Assembly (NCBI RefSeq): GCF_009914755.1
Contig: NC_060929.1
Strand: one strand, 5' to 3'
From: the human T2T-CHM13v2.0 reference genome, Homo sapiens
DNA length: 64,000 nt
Part shown: positions 1 through 17,996 of the stretch, piece after piece
Numbering within the stretch: position 1 is the stretch's first letter
Layout of the letters: every line of letters starts with the position of its first letter
Notes under the pieces: model-generated
Told to the model about the DNA's origin: nothing
What the model saw: only the letters and a program-made list of their open reading frames with translations
Database searches by the model: none
Program-made: the position numbers and the translations under genes

Positions 1-24
1 AATGGCACCTGGCCACCTGACTCA

Positions 25-291
<267 letters not shown>

Positions 292-875
292 TTAGGCAGA
301 GTGTGTGACACAGAATGTCTCCTCTGGGCCACCTGTGGGTCCAGCTGGGCTCACACCCACACAGCCCACCGTGGCCCGGATGGCATATGTGATCCAGGAG
401 TTGCTGCCCAGCTGCCGGGCACAGGGTCTGGGTCCCAGCAGCCCAGGCCACCTCCACCCCCACCCTGGGAGCCAAGGAAATTCGCCCAGAGGTCTCTGAG
501 CCTCATGCGGTGGACACGACTGTCCCCTAGAGCCGAGCAAGTGCTAACAGGCATCTGCAAAGAGCCACAGGGCCACGTGGACAGACCACATCTGCAAAGG
601 GCCACAGGGCCACGTGGACAGACCCAGCACTGAGAGGCCCGCTCAGCGGGGCGTGGCTCAAACACGGCCCGTCCTCCTAAGAAGGGGGACACGTTTCCTT
701 TGGCCTCAGACCCAGCACTGAGGGGCCAGCTGGGCAGGACACGGCTCAAACATGGCCTGCCCTCCTAAAGGAGGGGGACACCTTTCCTTTGGCCTCAAGA
801 TCAAAACTGGCAGAGAAGACATTTAGCAAATCATGAACAAAGGCACTGCGGAACTGGAGAGAGGCCGCGCAGTCA

Positions 876-2777
<1,902 letters not shown>

Positions 2778-3353
2778 GTGGCACAAGTGGCACTCGAGCT
2801 CCCGGGCCTCTCCAGCCCAGTGCTGGAGGGATTGCAGGGATGCAGGTGCAGCCACAGCACAGGCAGGAGAAGAGTCTGAAGACGCGGGAGAGAGACCGGC
2901 ACCCCCACCTCCTATTCTGCAGACTCCCCCAGGACGCTTGTCATTTACTACGGGACCTGCTAAGCCCCTGCGTCCCCAAGACAGGATGTGAGCAGGCACG
3001 TGACACACACTAACACGGACACAGGAGGCCTCGAGCTTGTGAGGCATCAAAAGACGCGCACGGTGACTCTGTGCTTCAGCATGTTCCCCAGCCCCCAGGA
3101 GCTGGCGGCAGGGCCGTGGGCTAAAACCACATCGAGTACGATTCAACCCTGAGAACCAACCTGGAAGGCAGTAACAGGAAGGTACATGGGGCCTGCACCC
3201 TTCCCAACCCAGGAGCAGGCAACACGCCCACAAATAGCCCATGGGTCTGAGGTCGGCGGAAAGCATCACAGAAATCCGTAATTATTCTGGACTCAACACA
3301 GAAAAGCCAATATATCAACACTGACGAGAGGCTGCTGAAGCAGGTCTTTAGCA

Positions 3354-3696
3354 CAGGGTCCCCAACCATTGTGGTACCAGGGACTGGTTTCGTGGAAGAC
3401 GATTTTTCCACAGGACAGCAGTGGGGAAGGGGATGGTTTTGGGAGCAAACGGTTCCACCTCAGATCATCAGGCATTAGATTCCCATAAGGAGCACAGAAT
3501 CTAGACCCCTCTCACGCACAGTTCTCAGTAGGGTGTGTGCGCCTCTGAGCACCGCATGCCACTGCTGATCTGAGAGGGGCGGGGCTCAGGCGGGAACGCT
3601 GGCTCCCCACACCCCACCTAGCCTCCCGCTGTGCGCCGGGTTCCTAACAGGCCCCAGACCGGTGCCACTCCACAGCCAGGGGCCTCGGGATCCCTG
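3354..3696 (-). mobile_element. MER1B-like hAT-Charlie MITE
   Basis: Ends cagggtccccaacc...ggatccctg; internal ccacctcagatcatcaggcattagatt and ggttcctaacaggcc match the remembered MER1B consensus; ctttag on both flanks. Confidence 0.8.
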
Positions 3697-4020
3697 CTTT
3701 AGAGGGAAAACGGCAACTTCAGATGCTTGTTTAGAAAAGAAAGTTCAAACATCCATAATCGAAACTTTTCCTTCAAGGAGCCGGAAAAACAACAATAAAC
3801 AAAGCCTAAAGGAAATGGAAGGAGGCCATCGATAAACAGCAGACACCAATTACGCAGGAAACAGCCGGGAAATCAGCACACGTGAAACTCTTCTGTGAAG
3901 AGAGTCATGAAATGGAAAGACCCCTAGCGAGACCTGGAGAAGGAAAACGGAGGTTGTCAGCACCAAGGCTGCAGGCAGCTATCGCTGCAGATCTCACGGA
4001 AGCTGCAGGAAGCGAGTCTC

Positions 4021-4628
<608 letters not shown>

Positions 4629-4629
4629 T

Positions 4630-5640
4630 TACCCCACTCATAAAAACCAATCCCACAGATCCCCACCTATCCCACACATGAAAACCAATCCCACAGATCT
4701 CCACCTACCCCACACATGAAAACCAACTCCACAGATCCCCACCTACCCCACACATGAAAACCAATCCCACAGATCCCCACCTACCCCACACATGAAAACC
4801 AATCCCACAGATCCCCACCTACCCCACACATGAAAACCAATCCCACAGATCTCCACCTACCCTACACATGAAAACCAACTCCACAGATCCCCACCTACCC
4901 CCACACATAAAAACCAACTCCACAGATCCCCACCTACCCCACACATGAAAACCAATCCCACAGATCCCCACCTACCCCACACATGAAAACCAATCCCACA
5001 GATCCCCACCTACCCCACACATGAAAACCAATCCCACAGATCCCCACCTACCCCACGGATGAAAACCAATTCACAGATCCCCACCTACCCCACACATAAA
5101 AACCAATCCCACAGGTCCCCACCTACCCCACACATAGAAACCAATCCCACAGATCCCCACCTACCCCACGGATGAAAACCAATTCACAGATCTCCACCTA
5201 CACCACACATGAAAACCAACTCCACAGATCCCCACCTATCCCACACATGAAAACCAATCCCACAGATCCCCACCTACCCCACGGATGAAAACCAATTCAC
5301 AGATCCCCACCTACCCCACGCATAAAAACCAATCCCACAGATCCCCACCTACCCCACGGATGAAAACCAATTCACATATCCCCACCTACCCCACACATAA
5401 AAACCAATCCCACAGATCCCCACCTACCCCACACAAGAAAACCAATCCCACAGATCCCCACCTACCCCGCACATGAAAACCAATCCCACCTACCCCACAC
5501 ATAAAAACCAATCCCACAGATCCCCACCTACCCCACGGATGAAAACCAATTCACAGATCTCCACCTACACCACACATGAAAACCAATCCCACAGATCCCC
5601 ACCTACCCCACACATGAAAACCAATTCCACCAATCCCCAC
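4630..5640. repeat. TERT intron 6 minisatellite VNTR6-1, 38-bp unit, ~26-27 copies
   Basis: Tandem aaaaccaatcccacagatccccacctaccccacacatg; G-rich on the TERT sense strand. Confidence 0.95.
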
Positions 5641-6534
5641 CCAGGTTTGCAAGCTGACACAGTAAAGACTGTTCTAAAAGGAGGCGCAGAAGCAACGTCA
5701 CCACAACCTCAATACCTTGAGTTCCTGCAGAGAACACAAACAGCTTTAGCCACAAACAGCTGATAAAGTGGACTGCGTTACTGGACTGTGTTAGTGGACT
5801 GCGATAGAAGTACAATCTTCCAGTCCTCAAAAGGCTTGACTTGAGAGCACAAAAGCAAGACACACACGGCACAGAGATTCACAGTGCACGCATGTGATGC
5901 CACACTTGCAGCAGAACACACAAAGAGCTCCTGCAAGCCGATGATGGCAGGCAGGCGCCCCATACAGAGCGGGGCAGGACGGACAGCCACCTCCCGCAAG
6001 AGCCCCGGGGCGGCCAGCACGGGAACACTGTGGGCACGTGGGCATCAAGAGAGCCCCCTGCACAATCCCACGAGGCGGCTTCGACACCTTCAGGCCAGCG
6101 GCCACCGGAGGCATCGCCCTCACAAGCAGCCAGCCGGGGTGTCACTGTCACCCCCCTGGAAACTCCCACAACATCCCTAAAGCACGTCTGTGACCCAGCA
6201 ACCCCACCCCTGGAATTCACCCAGAGGCGAGGGCCTCTGACCCCTGGGACACTCCCAGAACCCAGCAGGCTCACAGCAGGCGCAGCCGTGCAGTCCGCAC
6301 CCAGGAGCCTCCACAGCAGCGGGAAGGATACATCCACGTGGCGAGTTCCACAACGGATGCCATTCATGGACAGAACGCACAGCTGAGGCGTTCAGCATAG
6401 CTGAGGCTCGAACCCCAAAACCCACCTCCTGCCTGATCTCACTCACATGGAGACCGGGAGAGGGAGACCATGGAGGTCGAGGTCGGAACGAGGGTCACGG
6501 TGGGGGCGGTAGCTTCCGCTGCAGCGGGGATGTG

Positions 6535-6645
6535 GGGGGGGGTCTCCTGGGCTCTGGTGACTTTCTACACCCGGGCACAGGTGGGCGGTGGGGACGGGGG
6601 GGTCTCCTGGGCTCTAGTGACTTTCTACACCTGGGCACAGGTGGT
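6535..6645. repeat. Two-copy direct repeat, 60-bp period
   Basis: ggtctcctgggctct(g/a)gtgactttctacacc(c/t)gggcacaggtgg at 6541 and 6601. Confidence 0.85.
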
Positions 6646-7204
6646 GGCCATCAGCTTTCCATGAGGGTAAAATTCTGCTGAGATTTGCAAGTAGCTGCGA
6701 TAGCTCAAGAAGTCAGAGAAAGAGGTCCTTGTGGGTTTCCACATGTGCCTCTCCCCAGACCGAAGCTCCAGGGATACTTCTTCACCTCTGCACCCCGGCC
6801 TGGCACGACTTTGAGGGCTTACCCCTCCAGCGTGCTCATGACCACTGGGTGGGAACCCAAGCCCAGGGCCCCTTTCACCCCTGCCGAGCCCCAAGGCCCC
6901 CGGCCGCTCTGGGAGGAGTGTGTCCCGGGGAGCGAGGCCTGAATCAGCCTTCCTATATCTCATGGAGCCGGCATAGGCCAGACTGGGGTCCTGGGGGTGC
7001 CAGGGGTCCAGGAAGGTACCACCAGCATCCCTACTCTCCTCTCAAACCTGGCTTACAGTCTCCAAGGCCCAGCCCTGTGACAGGACAGGGGCACCCATGC
7101 TAGAAGTGAGGACCCTGAATGTGGAGCTCCCCAAACCAGCACCCGAGAGCGTGAGGACAATGGTGCGGACCATGCCTGGAGGAGGAAGGAGTAAGGCCAA
7201 GGGG

Positions 7205-7769
<565 letters not shown>

Positions 7770-8164
7770 TCAGACATCACCTCTGCCCTCAGGGCCTGGC
7801 CTGGCGGTGTCCCCCACTCTCTCTCTGACCCCCACCACTCCAGACCCCAAGGGCAGGGCGGGCTGTGTCCCCTCTCTGAGCCTCAGGACAGGAGACCCCT
7901 GGCTCAGGACTGGGGTGCAAGGCACCGGGGCCTGGTGGCTGAGCCGTTGCGGTTCCTTCTCTGACGGAAACTGGAATCCAGTGGGACCCTCCTTGGGAAT
8001 AGGAGCCCGGGCAGTCAGGGTGCACAGTCGGCCCCATGTGCTGCAGGAAAGGCTGAAGGCCTCCACCCTAGGTGCCAGGTGTGTCCTCAACAGTGACAGG
8101 GTCACCTGCACTCCCTGCGGCCCACCCAGGAGTACCTCCTCCACCCAACATGAGGTGCCAATCA

Positions 8165-8632
<468 letters not shown>

Positions 8633-9040
8633 TCAGATGACGGGGTCACCGCAGCCACCGCAGCCACAGGGGTGGGGTGCAGGAGCCGTGGGGCAAGGTC
8701 CAGGATCCTCAGAGCCCGGTGGGCTCCTGGCAGTCGTGGCCTGGTCCCCGGGCCCCGTAAGCGGAAGCGCACGGAGGCTGCGCACCACAGCAGGACACGG
8801 ATCCAGGACCTCGGGCCGTGCTGCATCCAGGCCCTGGCCCGGCTGCTTCTTGTGGTCCTCAGAGCCTGTCCCTGCCCCAGGAGCTCCCCCTACACCCCCA
8901 CGCTGCTTTTCTGGAGGCACCGGCACCTCGGCCACCTCACTGTGCGCACAAATGGGTTGGCGCCGTGCCATGGCCCTGGCTGTGTCCCGTGGCCCCTCCT
9001 CCGGGCCCTTCATCTAAGCTGATACCAAATGTGGGGCTCA

Positions 9041-9283
<243 letters not shown>

Positions 9284-10734
9284 TCAGGAGGCTTGCTCAG
9301 CCAGACAACAGACTAGGGGGAAGCTCACGGGAAGCCACAAGCCCCCACCGACTCAGTGAGGGCTCAGGGCACCCACGGCAGCACACGCTGAAGGCCATGC
9401 CCGGGGCCACGTCCACCCATGCCAGCCAGACGCCTCTGAGAGCCCCTCTACTTGCAGGGCACCTGGACACCTGGTCCTATAGTCAACCCTGGGGACGCCC
9501 AGTCCGGCGGTCAACCCCCAGGGTGACTGTCCCACCATCAGCACCAGGGAGCCTGGTCCCAGGCTGCATCTGGGGCCACGTGAACCCATGCCCCTCCACA
9601 CAGGATGCCTGTCCCTCTGGTACAGCCACTGGGGTAGCCCAAGGCTGGCCCCAGGCAGGACCCCCAGGTAGAAAGAGCCACATCCCTTCAGATGGAGAGG
9701 GCGGGAGAGGCTGCTCAGGGCAGCTCAGCCAAGGAGCAGAATCAGCTCTCATGAGCCCACCAGTCTCCTGACACCTCTGCCCTTTGGCCTTTTCCCCCAA
9801 AACCACCCATGGGGGCACGGGGGCTGGAGCGGCCACACCTGGACCTGGGCATCTGTGGCTGACAGCCTGGCACTCCGTGGACACTGGGGCCGCGGGTGCT
9901 CCGGAGCTGGTGCCCTGACCGCAGGCCGCAGGCCCAGCAGAGTAGAAAAGGCACGGTACCCTGTCCAGGGAGGAGGGGCCTCCAAGGCCCCCCAGGCAGA
10001 ACAACAGTCCCAGTAGTGACAAGGAGCATCTTGGGGACCACCACGTCTGTCTGCTCCTTCCGGTCACCCCAATTAAATTCTTTCCAAAATACTGGTCAAA
10101 TGACCATGTTGGGTCGCACACCATTAAATACGTGTAAAGTCTAAGTAAGGTGCATTGTGTATTAACTTGTTCCCACAGGGAAAGCCCTGACCCTCCCCCA
10201 GATGCAAGGAAATGGCCCCAGCACCACGTCGGGGTCCCCAGCCCAGAGGCTGTGTTACCTCTGACGAGGTCTGCTGCCAGCTCCCTCTGCAGACATCCTG
10301 ATTTGGGGCATGGGGTGTCACAAGGCCCCCCAGGGACTCGAGTGTGCAGGGGAGCTGGGGAAGCCCTGATCTTCTGACTAAAGCCCTCCACAGTCAGCCT
10401 GGGCGGGACACGGAGAAGCTAATACCATGGCCTGGGCTCAGCCAGGCTGGCATCTCCCAGACCAGCGCTCCCGTCCCTCACTGATGCAAATCCAGCTTGA
10501 ATCTGTCACAATCTCACACTCTCATCAGCCGAACATTGCAGACAAAATCTCACAGCCATTCAAATGCAGCCACCTAGAAGTTAGCTCATGGTGGAACTCT
10601 CCTATCCCCAGGTGCTCCCTGCACAGGTGCTCCCTGCAGTGAGTCGCCAAGTGGGTGGGATTTTATCCTCTCATGACCTAAATCCAATAGATTGAAGATT
10701 CATACAGAACAGCATGAATTAAAAGAGAATCGGG

Positions 10735-11553
<819 letters not shown>

Positions 11554-11572
11554 TTAAACGAGAAGGACATGC

Positions 11573-14258
11573 CACATCCAGATCACCGAGGGCCTGGTGA
11601 CCTCACCCCGGACCTGCACCATCCGGACACCGCACATCCAGCTCACCAAGGGCCTGGCGACCTCACCCCAGACCTGCACCATCCGGACACGGCACATCCA
11701 GCCCACCAAGGGCCTGGCGACCTCACCCTGGACCTGCACCATTCGGACACGGGGACACCGCATATCCAGCTCACCGAGGGCCTGGCGAACTCACCCCGGA
11801 CCTGCAGCATCCAGACACCACACATCCAGCTCACCGCAGGGCCTGGCGAACTCACCCCGGACCTGCACCATCCAGACAACACACATACAGCCCACCGCAG
11901 GGCCTGGCGACCTCACTCCGGACCTGCACCATCCGTACACTGCACATCCAGCTCACCGCAGGGCCTGGCGACCTCACGCCAGACCTGCACCATCCGGATA
12001 CAGCACATCCAGCTCACCGCAGGGCCTGGCGACCTCACCCCGGACCTGCACCATCCGGATACAGCACATCCAGCTCACAGCAGGGCCTGGCGACCTCACC
12101 CCAGACCTGCACCATCCGGACACCACACATCCAGCTAACCGCAGGGCCTGGTGACCTCACCCCGGACCTGCACCATCCGACACCGCATATCCAGCTAACC
12201 GCAGGGCCTGGCGACCTCACGCCAGACCTGCACCATCCGGATACAGCACATCCAGCTCACTGCAGGGCCTGGCGACCTCACCCCGGACCTGCACCATCTG
12301 GATACAGCACATCCAGCTCACAGCAGGGCCTGGCGACCTCACCCCGGACCTGCACCATCCAGACACCGCACATCCAGCTAACCGCAGGGCCTGGTGACCT
12401 CACCCCGGACCTGCACCATCCGGACACCGCATATCCAGCTAACCGCAGGGCCTGGCGACCTCACCCCGGACCTGCACCATCCGGACACCCCACATCCAGC
12501 TCACCGAAGGCCTTGGCTACCTCACCCCGGACCTGCACCATCCAGACACCGCACATCCAGCTCACAGCAGGGCCTGGCGACCTCACGCCGGACCTGCACC
12601 ATCCGGACACCACACATCCAGCCCACCAAGGGCCTGGCGACCTCACCCCAGACATGCACCATGCAGACACCGCACATCCAGCTCACCAAAGGCCTGGCGA
12701 CCTCACCCCAGACCTGCACCATCCGGACACGGCACATCCAGCCCACCAAGGGCCTAGCGACCTCACCCTGGACCTGCACCATCCGGACACGGGGACACCG
12801 CACATCCAGCTCACCGAGGGCCTGGCGAACTCACCCCGGACCTGCAGCAACCGGACACTGCACAACCAGCTCACCGCAGGGCCTGGTGACCTCACCCCAG
12901 ACCTGCACCATCCGGATACAGCACATCCAGCTCACAGCAGGGCCTGGCGACCTCACCCCGGACCTGCACCATCCGGATACAGCACATCCAGCTCACAGCA
13001 GGGCCTGGCAACCTCACCCCGGACCTGCATCATCCGGACTCCATACCTCCAGCTCACCAAGGGCCTGGCGACCACACCCCAGACCTGCACCATCCAGACG
13101 CCGCACATCCAGCTCACAGCAGGGCCTGGCGACCTCACCCCGGACCTGCATCATCCGGACTCCATACCTCCAGCTCACCGAGGGCCTGGCGACCACACCC
13201 CAGACCTGCACCATCCAGACGCCGCACATCCAGCTCACAGCAGGGCCTGGCGACCTCACCCCGGACCTGCATCATCCGGACTCCATACCTCCAGCTCACC
13301 GAGGGCCTGGAGACCTCACCCCTGACCTGCACCATCCGGACACCGCATATCCAGCTCACAGCAGGGTCTGGCGACCTCACCCCGGACCGGCACCATCCGG
13401 ACTCCATACATCCAGCTCACCGAGGGCCTGGCGACCTCACTCCAGACCTGCACCATCCAGACACCGCACATCCAGCTCACCGCAGGGTCTGGCGACCTCA
13501 CCCCGGACCTGCACCATCTGGACACTGCACATCCAGCTCACCGAGGGCCTGGCGACCTCACTCCAGACCTGCACCATCCAGACACCACACATCCAGCTCA
13601 CAGCAGGGCCTGGCGACCTCACCCCAGACCTGCACCATCCAGACACCACACATCCAGCTCACAGCAGGGCCTGGTGACCTCACACCGGACCTGCAGCATC
13701 CGGACACCCCACATCCAACTCACAGCAGGGCCTGGCAACCTCACCCCAGACCTGCACCATCCGGACACCGCATATCCAGCTCACCGCACGGTCTGGCACC
13801 GTCTGGCGACCTCACTCCAGACCTGCACCATCCAGACACCGCACACCCAGCTCACCGCAGGGCCTGGTGACCTCACCCCAGACCTGCACCATCCAGACAC
13901 CACACATCCAGCTCACAGCAGGGCCTGGCGACCTCACCCCGGACCTGCATCATCCGGACTCCATACCTCCAGCTCACCGAGGGCCTGGAGACCTCACCCC
14001 TGACCTGCACCATCCAGACACCACACATCCAGCTCACAGCAGGGCCTGGCGACCTCACCCCGGACCTGCATCATCCGGACTCCATACCTCCAGCTCACCG
14101 AGGGCCTGGAGACCTCACCCCTGACCTGCACCATCCAGACACCACACATCCAGCTCACAGCAGGGCCTGGCGACCTCATCCCAGACGTGCACCATCCGGA
14201 CACTGCACATCCAGCTCACTGAGGGCCTGGCGACCTCATCCCGGACCTGCACCATCTG
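11573..14258. repeat. TERT intron 2 minisatellite VNTR2-2, 60/61-bp unit, ~44 copies
   Basis: Tandem gacctcaccccggacctgcaccatccggacaccgcacatccagctcaccgcagggcctggc. Confidence 0.95.
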
Positions 14259-14399
14259 GTACAACAGCCATGGCCATGGGAAGCCCAGCAGGTCCAGGCC
14301 GAGATGGCCACGCACGGGACCTACACACGGGATCCCGCAGACAAAGCTCAAAAAATGTCAAATGTCCTGTGAGTGATGCTCCCACCAATAACACCCTAA

Positions 14400-14795
<396 letters not shown>

Positions 14796-15522
14796 TAGAA
14801 ATTTTAAAATTATCCACATGGCTCACGTCATGCTCCTGTTGGGCGACAACGGCTCGGAGCCTCATCCTTTGTCCTGGTTCCCAAGCAGAAGGGAGGAAGC
14901 AGACACTCCCCCGCCAGGCAGCACCGTCAGAGCTGGCGCCACACCGCAGGTTTGCGCGATTTCAAACTCGACACCGCGGAGCCACCAGACCCCGACATGC
15001 CTGGGGTTTTCCAGGCTGAACCCAGGCCGAGCGGACGTTGCTGTCACTCACTGGCTAAGGAACGCTGGCCACGTGGTGCTCCAGACACTCACGGGCCAAG
15101 ATGACCGCCCTCCTCGTGAGTCTCCACATCTTCATCTGTGCATCATAAGCAGAGGTCCCCGGACGTCGCTAGATGCCATGGAGGCCAGCACAGGTAAAGC
15201 TGGGGTTTACCAGCAATAACAAGACAGAAGAACCACGCAAAGGACAAGGAAGGGGACCCCAGACGGCGGGCCTGAGACAGAAGACAGACGGGGAACAAAG
15301 GAGGAAAAGCAGGGCGGGGGCAAAGCTACAGAAACACTCAACACGGAAAACAATATTAATAATGCTTAGCTTGTGGGGGTGTCAAGATGCCTGAGATAGA
15401 ACTAAGTCAGCAGGGAAAACAGCACACAGGCTGGGGGGTGGCCAGAGCTAAAATACACTAAGGGTCTTATTGCTCAGGACAAGGGTAGCAATGTTTCAGA
15501 CTTCATTTTAAAAGATCAAGGT

Positions 15523-15830
15523 ATGCCGGGCACGGTGGCTTGCACCTGTAATCCCAGCACTGTGGGAGGCCAAGGCGGGCAGATCACTTGAGGTCAGGAG
15601 TTTGAGACCAGCCTGGCCAACATGGTGAAAGCCTATCTCTACTAAAAATACAAAAATTAGCCAGGCGTGGTGGTGGGCGCCTGTAATCCCAGCTACTCAT
15701 GAGGTTGAGGAATGAGAACTGCTTGAACCGAGGAGGCAGAGGTTGCAGTGAGCCGAGATTGTGCCATTACACTCCAGCCTGGGTGACAGAGTGAGACTGT
15801 CTCAATAAACAAAAGCAAACAACGACAATA
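15523..15830 (+). mobile_element. Alu (S family)
   Basis: Dimeric Alu; aaaagatca target-site duplication. Confidence 0.93.
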
Positions 15831-16146
15831 AAAAGATCAGGGGGTAACACTAAGCAAAGAGAAATAAAAGCAAATGCCCAGTGACCAGGAGGCAACGAGA
15901 GGATCAACACACACTCGGCAGGAAACGCACATGGCAACCCAAGAGGTGGTGAGAAACAAGGGAACGAGGACATGCAACAGGCAAGTGGAGAATCAGAGTG
16001 CACCAGGCGGGTCTCTAGTGACAAAAAAATGAAAATAAATCAGGTTATCCAGTTAAACAACGACTGTCAGACTGGATTGGAAATTCACCTACATGCTGTT
16101 AACAGGACATACCCACACTATAAGAATATAAAAGTGTTGAAAATTA

Positions 16147-16454
16147 GGCCAGGCATGGTGGCTCATGCCTGTAATTCAGCACTTTGGGAAGCCGAGGTAG
16201 ATGGATCCCTTGAGTCCAAGAGTTTGAGACCAGCCTGGGCAACACAGCAAGACCCTGTCTCCAGAAAAAATTTAAAAATTAGCCAGGTGTAGCGGTGCGT
16301 GTCTGCAGTTCCAGCTATTCAGGAGGCTGAGGTGAGAGGACGGCTCAGGCCAGAAGGTAAAAGTTACACTGACCTGTGATCACACCACTGCACTCACCCT
16401 GGGCGACAGACCAAGACTCTGTCTCAAAAAAAAAAAATATATATATATATATAT
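16147..16454 (+). mobile_element. Alu (J-like) with (AT)n tail, inserted in an old A-rich L1 remnant (~15960-17310)
   Basis: Diverged Alu; flanks resemble decayed L1 ORF2 endonuclease region. Confidence 0.85.
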
Positions 16455-17996
16455 AAATTAAAGGCAGAAAACAGACACAGCAGGAAAATACTAATCAAAA
16501 GAAGCCCAGTGTGGCAGTACTAAGAGCAATTTAAAAAAAGAATTACTAGATTACTAGAGACATAGAAGTCTCCAAAAGATTCACTCATCAGGAAGATAAA
16601 AATTCTACCACGTGCATGCACCTAACAATGCCTCACATAAATGCTACCAAACGAGAAGAAATGAACAGACCCATCCCCCAGGTGAGGGACTATGGCCTCC
16701 TTCTTGGAATTTCATGCATCTAGAAGGAGACAGAAGCTTTGCACTGGACCTTAATAAGCTGGATATAGTGAACATGCATGCCCACTATTGACAGGATGTC
16801 AAATTTACAATGGACAGTTCTGGAAACCATGCACACACTAGATCACAAAGCAAGGCTCCGCAAACTTCAAATAATTGGTATTATACAGACCACTACACAA
16901 CTGAGTTAGAAATCAATAATAAAATGATAACTTAAAATACTCTACGTATCTTGATACTCTACATATCTTGAACATAAACAGTGTTCAAATAACTCACTGC
17001 TCAAAGAAATCACAGAATAAGCTAAAGAATACTTAAAAGTCACTGATATCAAAATGATTTCACGTCAAAACACAGCGTGCACAAAGAAAAAAATCACAGA
17101 ATAAGAATACTTAAAAGAAGTATTAACACTTTGAAGTATTTTAAGAACACTTGAAAGTGGCTGATGTTGAGATTACTTCACATCAAAACACAGGGTGCAG
17201 GTAAGGCAGCACTTAGAGGGAAAGGCATGACTAAACTAAGAAGCTAGAAAAGGAATGAAAGAATAAACCAAGAAAAAGCATACAATGGAGAGATAGAAAC
17301 GTCAGAGGTAAATCAGTGAAATTCAAAACTAAGACCCAAGAGGGAAGTCTGACGAAGGCTGGCGGAGACACCGGCCCTCCACGTGGGTCTCAGAGCAGGA
17401 GACAGACAGAGACACTCCAACCTGTGGCTGGACGTCAATCCATGTGAGGGGGCGACTGGAGGCAGAGCCCAGCCTAAGCAATGAGCGGCAGGTGCCCAGA
17501 ATAAGGTGACAAGCGTTGCCACCCACCCAAGGGGGCCAAGCAGAGGGGCAGCTTGGGAGAAAACAGGACAAGTGAGGGGGCTGGGGTGACTTGCTTTCCT
17601 TCAGGGCACAGAGAACCCTTTCTGGGATGTCTCCAGCAACACGTGGCAGCAGACACAGGCAGCCCAGAGTCCAGCCTCGGCATGAGACAAGCTGGGAGAG
17701 GAGTATTGGCAGCATGCATGTGGCGGGCACGTGGTGAGCAAGCCAGGCCCAACAGAGGCAAGCGGACCTGAAGCTGTGGCTGCAGTGCCTGGCACGCGGG
17801 AGGCGAGAGCCTGCAGTCCCGTGTCCCCGTAGCAAAATGGAACGGAGAGGTGACCAAGAAGAGCCGAGCATCAGAAAAGATAGGCTTGGGGACCAGCACT
17901 GCGCCTGCACCATCTACCCAGGCAATGGGCAACCGGCGCAGCTGTGGCTATAGAAAGAGCAAACATTCAGGAGCAAGCTCAAGTGAGCAAACGCCA

